Assembly: GCF_000196555.1 (NCBI RefSeq)
Contig: NC_015067.1
Span: 1,980,001 to 2,012,000, forward strand
Direction: 5' to 3'
DNA from: Bifidobacterium longum subsp. longum JCM 1217
GTDB taxonomy: Bacteria; Actinomycetota; Actinomycetes; Actinomycetales; Bifidobacteriaceae
DNA: 32,000 nt
Shown piece after piece: positions 1 to 9,205 of this stretch. Both the position numbers and the translations under genes were made by a program. Below the pieces are notes generated by a model. That model made no database searches, was not told where the DNA came from, and saw only the letters and a list, made by a program, of their open reading frames with translations. Each line of letters opens with the position of its first letter. Within the stretch, counting starts at the first letter, position 1.

Positions 1-33
1 GCGGTTTTGGATGGATTTGGTATTGCTGAGTGC

Positions 34-432
34 TCAGACGCGACGACGCTTCGGAGGACGAACGCCGTTGTGGGCTTGCGGGGTGACGTCGGTGATGGAA
101 CCAACCTCGAGGCCCGCAGACTGCAGGGAACGGATGGCGGTTTCACGACCGGAACCCGGGCCCTTGACGAACACGTCGACCTTCTTGACGCCGTGTTCCA
201 TCGCCTTGCGGGCGGCGGACTCGGCAGCCATACCAGCGGCGTACGGCGTGGACTTACGGGAGCCCTTGAAGCCGACATCGCCACCGGACGCCCAGGACAC
301 CACGGCGCCGGACGGATCGGTGATCGAAATGATCGTGTTGTTGAAAGTGGACTTGATGTGAGCCTGGCCGACCGGGACCGACTTGCGGTCGCGACGACGG
401 GGCTTACGAGCGGCTTGCTTAGGCGCTGCCAT
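34..432 (-). CDS. rpsK: 30S ribosomal protein S11
   Basis: 132-aa ORF with typical S11 sequence ([30 protein letters not shown]; C-terminal [10 protein letters not shown]). Lies directly downstream of rpsM, as in alpha operons. Confidence 0.97.
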   Translation of the reverse strand: MAAPKQAARKPRRRDRKSVPVGQAHIKSTFNNTIISITDPSGAVVSWASGGDVGFKGSRKSTPYAAGMAAESAARKAMEHGVKKVDVFVKGPGSGRETAIRSLQSAGLEVGSITDVTPQAHNGVRPPKRRRV

Positions 433-470
433 TGACCCTCGTTTCCTAGTAACGAACTTTGTTGTTGACG

Positions 471-507
471 TTCGGGCGATGGGATGAAAATCATCCCGTG
501 GCCCGAA
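471..507 (-). other. intercistronic stem-loop between rpsM and rpsK
   Basis: TTCGGGC-ga-t-GGGATGA-aaa-TCATCCC-gtg-GCCCGAA, two stacked 7-bp helices in the 87-nt spacer. Confidence 0.55.
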
Positions 508-519
508 TCATGCCACCGA

Positions 520-897
520 CTACTTGGTGGCCTTCTTCTTTCCGGCGACCGTGCGCTTCGGGCCCTTGCGGGTACGAGCATTGGTCTTGGTGCGCTGGCC
601 GCGCACAGGAAGTCCCTTACGGTGACGCTGGCCTTGGTAGCAGTTGATCTGAATCTTGCGACGAATATCTGCATCGACTTCACGACGCAGGTCACCCTCG
701 ATCTTGTAGTTGGCTTCGAGGTAGTCACGCAGCGTAATCAGCTGCTCGTCGGTGAGATCCTTGACGCGGATGTCCGGACTAATACCGGTCGCGGCAAGCG
801 TTTCCTTGGCACGAGTGCGACCCACACCGAAAATGTAGGTGAGGGCGATCTCGATGCGCTTCTCATTGGGGATGTCGACTCCGGCAAGACGTGCCAT
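520..897 (-). CDS. rpsM: 30S ribosomal protein S13
   Basis: Canonical S13 N-terminus [27 protein letters not shown] trimmed the track ORF (520..930) to the internal ATG at 897, giving 125 aa. Confidence 0.95.
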   Translation of the reverse strand: MARLAGVDIPNEKRIEIALTYIFGVGRTRAKETLAATGISPDIRVKDLTDEQLITLRDYLEANYKIEGDLRREVDADIRRKIQINCYQGQRHRKGLPVRGQRTKTNARTRKGPKRTVAGKKKATK

Positions 898-1045
898 TGC
901 GATTCCTTCTTGTTGCCGTAGGTCTTGCACCCGCTCGCCCGGTTACCCGGCACGGGCCTACGTACCCGTGGTTCAGTGTCGTTCCCTTGCGGGAAGCACT
1001 GTGAGAGAGTGCCTTATTTACTTAGTGCCGCTGGAGAATCTGCTC

Positions 1046-1159
1046 TCAGCCCTGACGCTGCTTGTGGCGCGGGTTGACGCAGATCACCATGACGCGGCCG
1101 TGACGGCGGATCACGCGGCAGTTTTCGCAGATCCTCTTCACGCTAGGGCTGACCTTCAT
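1046..1159 (-). CDS. rpmJ: 50S ribosomal protein L36
   Basis: Not in the ORF track because it is under 60 aa. Minus-strand translation is [37 protein letters not shown], with ATG at 1159..1157 and TGA at 1048..1046. It has the C-x2-C-x12-C-x4-H zinc-ribbon form and the expected position between infA and rpsM. Confidence 0.93.
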
Positions 1160-1182
1160 GGTTATCCTTTTCTTGTGTACCT

Positions 1183-1401
1183 TTACTTGTAACGGTACGT
1201 AATGCGTCCGCGGTTCAGGTCGTAAGGGCTCATTTCGAGCACGACACGATCCTGCGGCAGAATACGAATGTAGTTCTTACGCATTTTGCCGGAAATCGTG
1301 GCGAGCACGATGTGCTTGTTTTCGAGTTCAACGCGGAACATCGCGTTAGGCAGTGCTTCCACGACCTGTCCTTCGACTTCAATCACACCGTCTTTTGCCA
1401 T
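1183..1401 (-). CDS. infA: translation initiation factor IF-1
   Basis: 72-aa [75 protein letters not shown], a full-length S1-like IF-1. Confidence 0.97.
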
Positions 1402-1477
1402 GTGCCTCTAGTCCTATTCCGTTGGATGATTACTATGGCATATCCGAAGACACACCAACTGTCAACTATATACGCAC

Positions 1478-1517
1478 ATACCCCTGTACGAACACTCGGC
1501 GTGTCGCACAGGGGTAT
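1478..1517 (-). other. stem-loop downstream of adk (terminator/processing candidate)
   Basis: ATACCCCTGT-N20-ACAGGGGTAT, a 10-bp perfect stem 60 nt after the adk stop. On the minus strand a TTGACA hexamer (plus 1460-1465) follows it. Confidence 0.5.
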
Positions 1518-1577
1518 GGAAACGTTGATGTGGTATTTCGGCATCACTCCGGCTTGTTGCCCGGGCTGCCGAACCTA

Positions 1578-2138
1578 CTACTCGAGGTGGCTGATGATAC
1601 GGCCGCTGATCTCGTCGATGTCGCCGACGCCGTTGACCACGACGAGCAGGCCACGGGCCTCGTAGATGTCGAGCAGCGGAGCGGTTTCCTTCTCATAGGT
1701 CTCCAGGCGCTTGGCGATGGCCTCCGGAGTGTCGTCAGCGCGGCCCTGCTCGGCGGCGCGCTTCTTCATACGCTCCAGCAGCACGTCGCGGGCGGCTTCG
1801 AGGGCCACCACGTGGTCGAGCGGAGTGTCAAGGTCGGCGAGCATCTCGTCGAGAGCGATGACCTGGGCGGCGTTACGCGGGTAGCCGTCGAGGATCCAGC
1901 CGTTCTTGCAGTCTTCCTTGGCCAGACGATCCTTGACGATCTTGTTGGTCAGGGAGTCCGGAACCAGCTCGCCCTTGTCGGTGTAGCTCATCGCCTCAAG
2001 GCCGAGTTCGGTCTTGTTCTTGATGTTGTAGCGGAAGATGTCGCCGGTGGAGATGGTGGGGATGTTGAAGTGTTCGGCGAGCAGAGCAGCCTGGGTGCCC
2101 TTGCCCACGCCCTGGGGGCCCATGATGAGCAGACGCAT
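1578..2138 (-). CDS. adk: adenylate kinase (short-lid type)
   Basis: 186-aa ORF with P-loop MRLLIMGPQGVGKGTQA and GDIFR, in the canonical position after secY. AAAAGGAG lies upstream of the ATG. Confidence 0.96.
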   Translation of the reverse strand: MRLLIMGPQGVGKGTQAALLAEHFNIPTISTGDIFRYNIKNKTELGLEAMSYTDKGELVPDSLTNKIVKDRLAKEDCKNGWILDGYPRNAAQVIALDEMLADLDTPLDHVVALEAARDVLLERMKKRAAEQGRADDTPEAIAKRLETYEKETAPLLDIYEARGLLVVVNGVGDIDEISGRIISHLE

Positions 2139-2231
2139 GGTGGTCTCCTTTTATGTCGGTTATTAATACGGTTTTGGCTCCCTTGGTTAAGGGAGCCATT
2201 GAGTTATATGCGGAAGAAAGATTGCTCCGTC

Positions 2232-2258
2232 GTGGAACAGTCCACTGGACTGTTCCAC
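2232..2258 (-). repeat. palindromic hairpin, copy 1 (GTGGAACAGTCCA-C-TGGACTGTTCCAC)
   Basis: Arms are a perfect 13 bp. It lies 49 nt downstream of the secY stop and shares a 17-nt core ACAGTCCACTGGACTGT with 23443-23465. Confidence 0.8.
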
Positions 2259-2307
2259 TCCTCGCGCGGCCGCCTGCCCATTGCGGGCGGCCGCTGTCAA
2301 GCGGGCG

Positions 2308-3645
2308 TCAGCCCTCTTTGTGGTCCACGTTTTCGAACAGGAAGCCGGTGTACTGGAACTGTTCGGTCTGGGCCTTGGCCTGGCGCAGGGTGTCGAGGCC
2401 CACGCCCGCGATAATCAGGATCGTGGTGCCACCGAACGGCAGCTTGGCGTTGAGGCCGAGGGCCATGATCAGCACGGTCGGGATCAGGGCCACGAACAGC
2501 AGGTAGACGGCGCCGACGGTGTTGAGTCGGTTCATCACGTAGGTCAGGTAGCGGCTGGTGGCGTTGCCGGCGCGGATGCCGGGGATGAAGCCGCCGTACT
2601 GCTTCATGTTGTCCGCGGTCTCGTCCGGGTTGAACGTGATCGAGGTGTAGAAGAAGCAGAAGAACACGATCATCAGCGCGTACAGGGCGATGTACCACAC
2701 GGATGTGGTGTTCGCCAGGTTGGCGTTGATCCACTTGACCCACGACTGGTCGGACTTGCCGAACTGGGCGATCAGGGTCGGGATGGCGAGGATCGAGGAG
2801 GCGAAGATCGGCGGGATGACGCCGGACATGTTGATCTTCAGCGGCAAGTAGGTGGAGGAGCCGCCGTACATCTTACGGCCGATCATGCGGCGCGTGTACT
2901 GGACCGGCACGCGGCGCTGGCACAGTTCGACGAAGTCGACGAAGATGAGGATGACCACGAGCACGCCCACGACGATGCCGAACTTCAGCCAGTCGCCATC
3001 GGTGCCGTCGGTGCCGTAGCCGATCTCCCACAGCTGCGGCAGGAAGCCGGAGCAGATGGACATGAAGATCAAGATGGACATGCCCTGGCCGATGCCCTTG
3101 TCGGTCACGAGCTCGGCCATCCACATGATCAGGCCGGTGCCGCCGGTCATGATGAGGACCATGACCACGAGGTTGAACACGGAACCGTCCGGGATGACCT
3201 GGTCGCACTGGTAATTGAACAGGGCGCCGGAGCGGGCGGTGACCAGGATGGTGGTGGACTGGAGCACGGCCAGGCCGATGGTCAGGTAACGGGTGTACTG
3301 GGTGAGCTTGGCCTCGCCGGACTGGCCCTCCTTGTGCAGGGCCTCGAAGCGGGGGATGACCACGCGCAGCAGCTGCACCACGATGGACGCGGTGATGTAC
3401 GGCATGACGCCCAGCGCGAAGATAGACAGCTGGAGCATGGCGCCACCCGAGAAGAGGTTCACCAGTCCGATGAAGTTCTCCTGGGAGGCGCTGCCGATGG
3501 TGGCCATGCACTTGTTCACCACGTTGTAGTCCACGCCAGGGGTCGGAATGAACGAACCGATGCGGTAGACGATGATGATGAACAGGACGAAGAGAATCTT
3601 CTTCCTCAACTCTTTGGTTTTCAGGGCCTGGATTAGTGTCCTCAC
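2308..3645 (-). CDS. secY: preprotein translocase subunit SecY
   Basis: 445-aa polytopic ORF with SecY-typical segments (IPTPGVD near the N-terminus, GMSILIF, GGFIPGIRAG). GTG start is preceded by GGGAGGAAA. Confidence 0.96.
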   Translation of the reverse strand: MRTLIQALKTKELRKKILFVLFIIIVYRIGSFIPTPGVDYNVVNKCMATIGSASQENFIGLVNLFSGGAMLQLSIFALGVMPYITASIVVQLLRVVIPRFEALHKEGQSGEAKLTQYTRYLTIGLAVLQSTTILVTARSGALFNYQCDQVIPDGSVFNLVVMVLIMTGGTGLIMWMAELVTDKGIGQGMSILIFMSICSGFLPQLWEIGYGTDGTDGDWLKFGIVVGVLVVILIFVDFVELCQRRVPVQYTRRMIGRKMYGGSSTYLPLKINMSGVIPPIFASSILAIPTLIAQFGKSDQSWVKWINANLANTTSVWYIALYALMIVFFCFFYTSITFNPDETADNMKQYGGFIPGIRAGNATSRYLTYVMNRLNTVGAVYLLFVALIPTVLIMALGLNAKLPFGGTTILIIAGVGLDTLRQAKAQTEQFQYTGFLFENVDHKEG

Positions 3646-3845
3646 CTAGATTTCCTCCCAATAGCGCGCCAATCGCGCGAAATACACAAACTAACGAACG
3701 AGCATAGTCTAAAGTGCCTACTTCGGCCACTTCATGTCTCGCGAATGTTACCTGAATTATGCTCCGTCGTACTGAACGGGGGAAGCATACTCAAAACGAT
3801 CATTGTGTTGAGACTGCTTCTCTGCACTCAGAACAACAATTTTTT

Positions 3846-3886
3846 AGAAAAGGGAACCCCCGTCCACCTATTGGCGGGCGGGGGTT
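3846..3886 (-). terminator. terminator-like hairpin downstream of rplO, upstream of secY
   Basis: Minus strand reads AACCCCCG-C-CCGCC-AATA-GGTGG-A-CGGGGGTT followed by CCCTTTTCT. It lies 31 nt after the rplO stop. Confidence 0.55.
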
Positions 3887-3917
3887 GTACAGCCTATTGC
3901 GCTCCCCGTAGGACTAA

Positions 3918-4370
3918 TCAGTCCTCGGAAACGGAACCGCCGGCGGCCTCGATCTTGGACTTGGCGGAAGCCGAAGCCTTAACACCCTTGAGGGTGAAAG
4001 CCACGGTGGTCTCGCCGTCGCCCAGAACCTTCACCGGAGCGTTGTCACGAACAGCGCCCTTGGCGATCAGGTCGGCCACAGCAACCTCGCCGCCCTCGGG
4101 GAAGAGCTCCACGAGACGAGCGATGTTGATGACCTGGAACTCGACCTTGAACGGGTTCTTGAAGCCACGGAGCTTCGGCAGGCGCATGTACAGCGGCAGC
4201 TGGCCGCCTTCAAAGCCCGGACGCACGTGGTTGCGCTTCGTCTGGCCCTTGGCGCCACGACCGGAGGTCTTACCCTTGGAGCCTTCACCGCGGCCCACAC
4301 GGGTGCGGTCCTTCTTGGCACCCGGGGCGGGCTTCAGGTCGTGCATCTGCAGGATTTCGTTATCTGCCAT
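3918..4370 (-). CDS. rplO: 50S ribosomal protein L15
   Basis: 150-aa ORF with the Gly/Arg-rich L15 N-terminal region ([20 protein letters not shown]) and [18 protein letters not shown]. Confidence 0.96.
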   Translation of the reverse strand: MADNEILQMHDLKPAPGAKKDRTRVGRGEGSKGKTSGRGAKGQTKRNHVRPGFEGGQLPLYMRLPKLRGFKNPFKVEFQVINIARLVELFPEGGEVAVADLIAKGAVRDNAPVKVLGDGETTVAFTLKGVKASASAKSKIEAAGGSVSED

Positions 4371-4372
4371 AA

Positions 4373-4558
4373 TCAGTCAACCTCCTCAACGGTGACCAGG
4401 TGACGCACGGCGTTCACCAGACCACGGTTGGCCGGGGTGTCCTCGCGGACAACGGTCTTACCGATCTTGTTGAGGCCGAGGGTCTTGACGGTGGCGCGCT
4501 GAGCCGGGGTACGGTTCACGATGCCGTGGTGCAGGGTAATCTTCAGGTTCTTAGCCAT
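4373..4558 (-). CDS. rpmD: 50S ribosomal protein L30
   Basis: [29 protein letters not shown] is typical L30. I use the ATG at 4558 (61 aa). The track ORF starts 3 codons earlier at a GTG (4567) that overlaps the rpsE stop as GTGA, so that start is possible too. Confidence 0.93.
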
Positions 4559-4563
4559 GAGTA

Positions 4564-5295
4564 TCACTCACCATCCTTCTCTTCGGCGGCCTTAGCGGCA
4601 GCAGCCTCTTCGCGAGCCTTGCGAGCCTCGGCAATGCCGGCGGCGCGGGCGCGCAGCAGAGCATCGGGAGCGACCTCGTCGAGCGCCAGGCCACGACGGG
4701 CGGCGATCTCCTCGGGCTCTTCGAGCTGCTTGAGGGCGTCGACGGTAGCGCGCACCACGTTAACGGCGGTGGCGGAGCCCATCGACTTGGTCAGGACGTC
4801 GGTGATGCCTGCGCATTCCATGACGGCGCGCACGGAGCCACCGGCGATTACACCGGTACCCGGGGCGGCCGGACGCAGCAGGACGGTGCCAGCAGCGTCG
4901 TGACCCTGAACCGGGTGGGTGATGGTGCCGCGGACGCGAGGCACAGAGAACATGTGCTTCTTGGCGTCCAGCTGGCCCTTGGCGATGGCGGCCGGGACTT
5001 CACGGGACTTGCCGTAGCCGACACCCACGGTGCCGTTGCCGTCGCCGACCACAACCAGTGCGGCGAAGCTGAAGGTACGGCCACCCTTGTGGGTCTTGGA
5101 CACACGGTTGATGGTCACCACGCGATCGAGCAGCTCGTCGCCGTGGTTTTCTTCACGACGGTTACGACGCTCGCCACGACGGCCTTCACCGCGCTGGCCA
5201 CGACGACCCTTGCGGTCCTCGTTGTTGGATTCGGTCGCCACAGTGTTCTGAGTTTCTTCAGCCACTTGGGTTTCCTTCGTTTCGTTGTCGCTCAC
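4564..5295 (-). CDS. rpsE: 30S ribosomal protein S5 (with N- and C-terminal low-complexity extensions)
   Basis: 243-aa ORF. The S5 core runs [53 protein letters not shown]. The GTG start overlaps the rplR stop (GTGA). Confidence 0.95.
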
Positions 5296-5663
5296 AGTGC
5301 AAGACCTCCCTCGCGGGCGCCATCAGCAACGGCTGCGACGCGACCGGTGTACTTGTTGCCACCGCGGTCGAACACGACTGCGGTGATGCCGGCAGCCTTG
5401 GCCTTCTCGGCGATCAGCTCGCCGACCTTCTTGGCGGCCTCAGTCTTGGTGCCTTCGAAGCCGGCGAAGTCGGCCTGAAGAGTGGAGGCGGACACCAGGG
5501 TAATGCCCTTGGTATCGTCGACCACCTGAGCAACCATGTGACGGTTGGAGCGGGTGACCACCAGGCGCGGACGCTCGGGGGTACCGGAGATGCGCTTGCG
5601 GATACGCGCGTGACGGCGCTTGAGAGCTACCTTCTTGCCTTTTCCGAGAATAGCAACGCTCAT
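5292..5663 (-). CDS. rplR: 50S ribosomal protein L18
   Basis: The L18 core [34 protein letters not shown] follows the ATG at 5663 (123 aa). The track ORF (to 5807) would run 48 codons into rplF, so I trimmed it. Confidence 0.94.
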   Translation of the reverse strand: MSVAILGKGKKVALKRRHARIRKRISGTPERPRLVVTRSNRHMVAQVVDDTKGITLVSASTLQADFAGFEGTKTEAAKKVGELIAEKAKAAGITAVVFDRGGNKYTGRVAAVADGAREGGLAL

Positions 5664-5664
5664 A

Positions 5665-6204
5665 TCACTTACCAGCCTTTCCAGCCTTGCGCAGGATGCG
5701 TTCATCGGAGTACTTGATGCCCTTGCCCTTGTAGGGTTCCGGAGCGCGCAGCTTGCGGATGTTGGCGGCAACCTGGCCCACGACCTGCTTGTCGGTGCCT
5801 TCGACAACCACGTGGTTGGCGTCGGTCACCTTCAGGGTGATGCCTTCGGGCGGGTTGACGGTGATGGTGTGGGAGTAGCCGAGGAAGAACTCGATGCCCT
5901 GGCCCTTGGCGACGGCGCGGTAACCGGTGCCGACGATCTCAAGAGTCTTGGAGTAGCCATCGTGAACACCCTTGACCATGCCGGCCATGATGGAACGAGC
6001 CAGACCGTGCTTGGCACGGGTCGGACGCAGGTCATCAGCGGCGGTCAGGACAATCTCGTTGCCTTCAACGGCAGCGGTGATGCCTTCCGGAACCACGTAG
6101 GAGTCAGAACCCTTAGCGCCCTTGGCGGAGAAGTTCTGGCCTTCAATCTTGACTTCAACGCCAGCAGGGATGGCGATGGGGAGCTTACCAATATGCGATG
6201 CCAT
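5665..6204 (-). CDS. rplF: 50S ribosomal protein L6
   Basis: 179-aa [36 protein letters not shown], a typical L6 N-terminus, in the spc-operon position. Confidence 0.97.
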   Translation of the reverse strand: MASHIGKLPIAIPAGVEVKIEGQNFSAKGAKGSDSYVVPEGITAAVEGNEIVLTAADDLRPTRAKHGLARSIMAGMVKGVHDGYSKTLEIVGTGYRAVAKGQGIEFFLGYSHTITVNPPEGITLKVTDANHVVVEGTDKQVVGQVAANIRKLRAPEPYKGKGIKYSDERILRKAGKAGK

Positions 6205-6221
6205 GTTTCAGCTCTCCTTTC

Positions 6222-6620
6222 TCACCACACGAAGGCGACAATTTCGCCGCCAATGCCTCGGTCGAGGCATTCCTTCTGAGTCAGCAGTCCCGAAGAAGTC
6301 GAGATGATGGCGATACCCAGGCCACCGAGCGGCATCGGCAGGGAGTCGGACTTCGCGTAACGACGAAGGCCCGGCTTGGAGATGCGCTTGATACCCTGAA
6401 TGGAACGCTCACCGTTCGGACCGTACTTGAGGGTGACCTCAAGAGTCTGGCCGACCTTGGCTTCCTTAGCGGTGAAGTCCTTGATGTAGCCTTCACGCTT
6501 CAGGATCTCGGCGATGTTCGCCTTGAACTTGGAGTACGGCATATCCACGGTTTCGTGCTTGGCCGCGCTCGCATTACGCAGACGCGTAAGCATGTCTGCG
6601 ATCGGATCTGTCATTGTCAT
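6222..6620 (-). CDS. rpsH: 30S ribosomal protein S8
   Basis: 132-aa [34 protein letters not shown] ending GGEIVAFVW, typical S8. Confidence 0.97.
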   Translation of the reverse strand: MTMTDPIADMLTRLRNASAAKHETVDMPYSKFKANIAEILKREGYIKDFTAKEAKVGQTLEVTLKYGPNGERSIQGIKRISKPGLRRYAKSDSLPMPLGGLGIAIISTSSGLLTQKECLDRGIGGEIVAFVW

Positions 6621-6709
6621 TTGGGCTTGTTGCCCTTTCTCGCTATGGTTTCCGCCGCCCTCACGCTTCTTCTAGAAGCGTTCGGGCCGCGGACCTTCAG
6701 CGTCGATGT

Positions 6710-6895
6710 TTACCAACTGGACTTCGTAACGCCGGGCAGTTCACCGCGGTGAGCCTTCTCACGAAGGCAGATGCGGCACAGGCCGAACTTGCGGTAGACG
6801 GAGTGGGGACGACCGCAGACCTGGCAGCGCGTGTAAGCGCGGACCTTGAACTTCGGCTTGCCGGCCGCCTTGTTCTTAAGAGCGGTTTTTGCCAT
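6710..6895 (-). CDS. rpsN: 30S ribosomal protein S14, type Z (zinc-binding)
   Basis: 61-aa ORF with [20 protein letters not shown] (CxxC...CxxC) and a C-terminal W. Confidence 0.96.
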   Translation of the reverse strand: MAKTALKNKAAGKPKFKVRAYTRCQVCGRPHSVYRKFGLCRICLREKAHRGELPGVTKSSW

Positions 6896-6896
6896 A

Positions 6897-7469
6897 TCAG
6901 TTCTCCTTGAAGGGGAAGCCGAGGTGCTTCAGCAGCGCGTAAGCTTCCTTGTCGTCCTTGGTGGAGGTCACCACAGTGATGTCCATACCGCGCACGTGAT
7001 CGATCGAATCAGGATCGATCTCGTGGAACATGGACTGCTCGGTGAGACCAAAGTTGTAGTTGCCCTGGCCATCGAACTGGTGGCCGTTGATGCCGCGGAA
7101 GTCGCGGATACGGGGCAGCGCGAGGGTCAGCAGACGGTCCAGGAACTCCCACATGCGGTCGCCACGCAGGGTGACGTACGCACCGATGGCCTGGCCTTCA
7201 CGCAGATGGAACTGCGCGACGGACTTCTTGGCCTTGGTGATCTTCGGCTTCTGGCCGGTGATCAGGGTGAGGTCCTTGACGGCACCTTCGATGAGCTTGG
7301 AGTCGCGGGCAGCGGCACCAACACCCATGGAGACGACGACCTTCTGGACACGGGCAACCTGCATCGGGTTGGAGTACTTGAACTCCTTCTCGAGCTCAGG
7401 AATGATCTGCTCGTTGTACTTGACCTTCAAGCGCGGGGTGGCCGGCGCTTCGACAGTAGTATCGGTCAT
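6897..7469 (-). CDS. rplE: 50S ribosomal protein L5
   Basis: 190-aa ORF with [19 protein letters not shown] and [12 protein letters not shown], typical L5. Confidence 0.97.
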   Translation of the reverse strand: MTDTTVEAPATPRLKVKYNEQIIPELEKEFKYSNPMQVARVQKVVVSMGVGAAARDSKLIEGAVKDLTLITGQKPKITKAKKSVAQFHLREGQAIGAYVTLRGDRMWEFLDRLLTLALPRIRDFRGINGHQFDGQGNYNFGLTEQSMFHEIDPDSIDHVRGMDITVVTSTKDDKEAYALLKHLGFPFKEN

Positions 7470-7801
7470 GCCAGCTCCTTTCCGGACTTCTTGGCGACGC
7501 GCACGCGCACGGTCTTCACCTTGCCGTCACGCGCCTCTTCCTTAACGGTGATGCCAACGCGGGTCGGCTGCTTGGTCTCCGGGTCGATGACCATCACGTT
7601 GGAGCGATGGATCGGAGCCTCAGTGGAGACGATGCCAGCCTGCTGGCCCTGCTGCGTTGCACGCACGTGCTTCTTGACGATCTGCACGCCTTCAACGATC
7701 AGTCGATCGTTGGAGAGCACCTGCTTGACGGTGCCTTCCTTGCCGCGGTCCTTGCCGCGGATGACCTTGACCAGGTCGCCGCTCTTGATCTTGGCTGCCA
7801 T
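7466..7801 (-). CDS. rplX: 50S ribosomal protein L24
   Basis: 111-aa ORF with the KOW motif [21 protein letters not shown]. It overlaps rplE by 4 nt. Confidence 0.96.
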   Translation of the reverse strand: MAAKIKSGDLVKVIRGKDRGKEGTVKQVLSNDRLIVEGVQIVKKHVRATQQGQQAGIVSTEAPIHRSNVMVIDPETKQPTRVGITVKEEARDGKVKTVRVRVAKKSGKELA

Positions 7802-7802
7802 G

Positions 7803-8171
7803 TCAGATCACCTCCGGGGCGAGGGACACGATCTTCATGAACTTGTGCTCACGCAGTTCACGACCGACCGGTCCGAAGATACGAGTGCCCTTCGGTTCAC
7901 GGCCGGAGCCGAGAATGACGGCGGCGTTCTCGTCGAACTTGATGTAGGAACCATCCGCACGGCGGGATTCCTTGACGGTACGGACGACAACGGCCTTAAC
8001 CACGTCGCCCTTCTTGACCGACCCGCCAGGAATGGCGTCCTTGACGGAGGCGACGATCACGTCGCCGATGCCGGCATAGCGTCGCTTCGATCCGCCGAGC
8101 ACGCGGATGGCGAGGAGTTCCTTCGCACCCGTGTTGTCGGCGACATGAAGCCGCGTTTCCTGCTGAATCAT
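7803..8171 (-). CDS. rplN: 50S ribosomal protein L14
   Basis: 122-aa [40 protein letters not shown], typical L14. Confidence 0.98.
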
Positions 8172-8200
8172 TGATTCTCCTTAGCCGAGCTGGTTCTCCC

Positions 8201-8246
8201 CATTTACCGGGGCATCGTGGTTGCCCATAATGCCCCGGTAAATGGC
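8201..8246 (-). other. 16-bp perfect-stem hairpin at the rpsQ/rplN (S10-operon/spc-operon) junction
   Basis: CCATTTACCGGGGCAT-N14-ATGCCCCGGTAAATGG inside the 94-nt rpsQ-rplN spacer. No U-tract follows. Confidence 0.7.
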
Positions 8247-8265
8247 GAGCCTTGCCGAACTTTAC

Positions 8266-8526
8266 TTACTTGGCGCGCTCGATAATGGATTCGAGACGCC
8301 AGCGCTTGGTCTTGCTCAGAGGCCGAGTTTCCATAATACTCACGAGGTCGCCAATGTGGGCGTCGTTGTGTTCATCATGGGCCTTGACCTTGCTGGTGGA
8401 ACGAACGACCTTGCCGTACAGCGGGTGGGTCGAACGCTGCTCGAGCTCGACGGTAATCGTCTTGTCCATCTTGTCGGACACGACGTAGCCGCGGCGAACC
8501 TTACGGAAGTTACGCTCTTCAGCCAT
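8266..8526 (-). CDS. rpsQ: 30S ribosomal protein S17
   Basis: S17 core [32 protein letters not shown] use the ATG at 8526 (86 aa). An alternative GTG at 8532 overlaps the rpmC stop. Confidence 0.94.
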   Translation of the reverse strand: MAEERNFRKVRRGYVVSDKMDKTITVELEQRSTHPLYGKVVRSTSKVKAHDEHNDAHIGDLVSIMETRPLSKTKRWRLESIIERAK

Positions 8527-8528
8527 AA

Positions 8529-8780
8529 TCACTTCTCCTTGGATTCGGTAGCGGCCGGCTCCTGGCTGATGCCAAGCTCACGCTCGCGAAGCACGGTGTA
8601 CATGCGGGCGATGTCGCTCTTGACAGCCTTGAGACGGGCGGTGTTCTCGAGCTGACCGGTGGCGTGCTGGAAGCGCAGGTTGAACAGCTCTTCCTTGGAC
8701 TTCTTCAAGAAGCCTTCGATTTCCGCGTTGGTCTTCTCGTTGAGATTCTTGATGGAGTAATCAGCGGTACCGACTGCCAT
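8529..8780 (-). CDS. rpmC: 50S ribosomal protein L29
   Basis: 83-aa ORF with [30 protein letters not shown], typical L29. The start shares 1 nt with the rplP stop. Confidence 0.95.
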   Translation of the reverse strand: MAVGTADYSIKNLNEKTNAEIEGFLKKSKEELFNLRFQHATGQLENTARLKAVKSDIARMYTVLRERELGISQEPAATESKEK

Positions 8781-9199
8781 CAGATATCACCACCTTCACG
8801 TGCGATAATGCGGCACTTCATCGGGAGCTTGTCGATAGCGCGGCGGAGGGCTTCCTTAGCGATGTCCTCGGACACACCACCGATTTCGAACATCACGCGA
8901 CCAGGGCGCACGTTCGCAATCCAGAACTCCGGGGCACCCTTACCGGAACCCATTCGGGCACCGAGCGGGTGCTTGGTCAGCGGACGATCCGGGAAGATCG
9001 TGATCCACACGCGGCCACCACGCTTGATGTAGCGGGTCATGGCGATACGCGCGGCTTCGATCTGACGGTTGGTCACGTAGGCCGGGGCGAGGGACTGGAT
9101 GGCGAAATCACCGAAGTTGATCTCGTTGCCGCCCTTGGACATGCCAGAACGCACAGGGCGGTGCTGCTTGCGGTACTTAGTCCTCTTGGGGATAAGCAT
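8780..9199 (-). CDS. rplP: 50S ribosomal protein L16
   Basis: 139-aa [18 protein letters not shown], typical L16. Confidence 0.98.
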   Translation of the reverse strand: MLIPKRTKYRKQHRPVRSGMSKGGNEINFGDFAIQSLAPAYVTNRQIEAARIAMTRYIKRGGRVWITIFPDRPLTKHPLGARMGSGKGAPEFWIANVRPGRVMFEIGGVSEDIAKEALRRAIDKLPMKCRIIAREGGDI

Positions 9200-9205
9200 T
9201 CTTGC

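Noticed and set aside
520-930. Longer N-terminal extensions offered by the ORF track for rpsM (to 930), rplR (to 5807), the EamA transporter (to 31320), the LRV gene (to 26687) and the YwiC-like gene (from 13713).
   Set aside because: The extensions overlap upstream genes or consist of non-conserved, compositionally atypical residues. Canonical family N-termini begin at the internal start codons I used.
2281-3636. 451-aa plus-strand ORF, plus 148-aa and 285-aa minus-strand alternative-frame ORFs, all over secY.
   Set aside because: These are shadow frames of secY. Their composition is Asp/Gly/His/Arg-rich with no domain signature, and secY is full-length and canonical.
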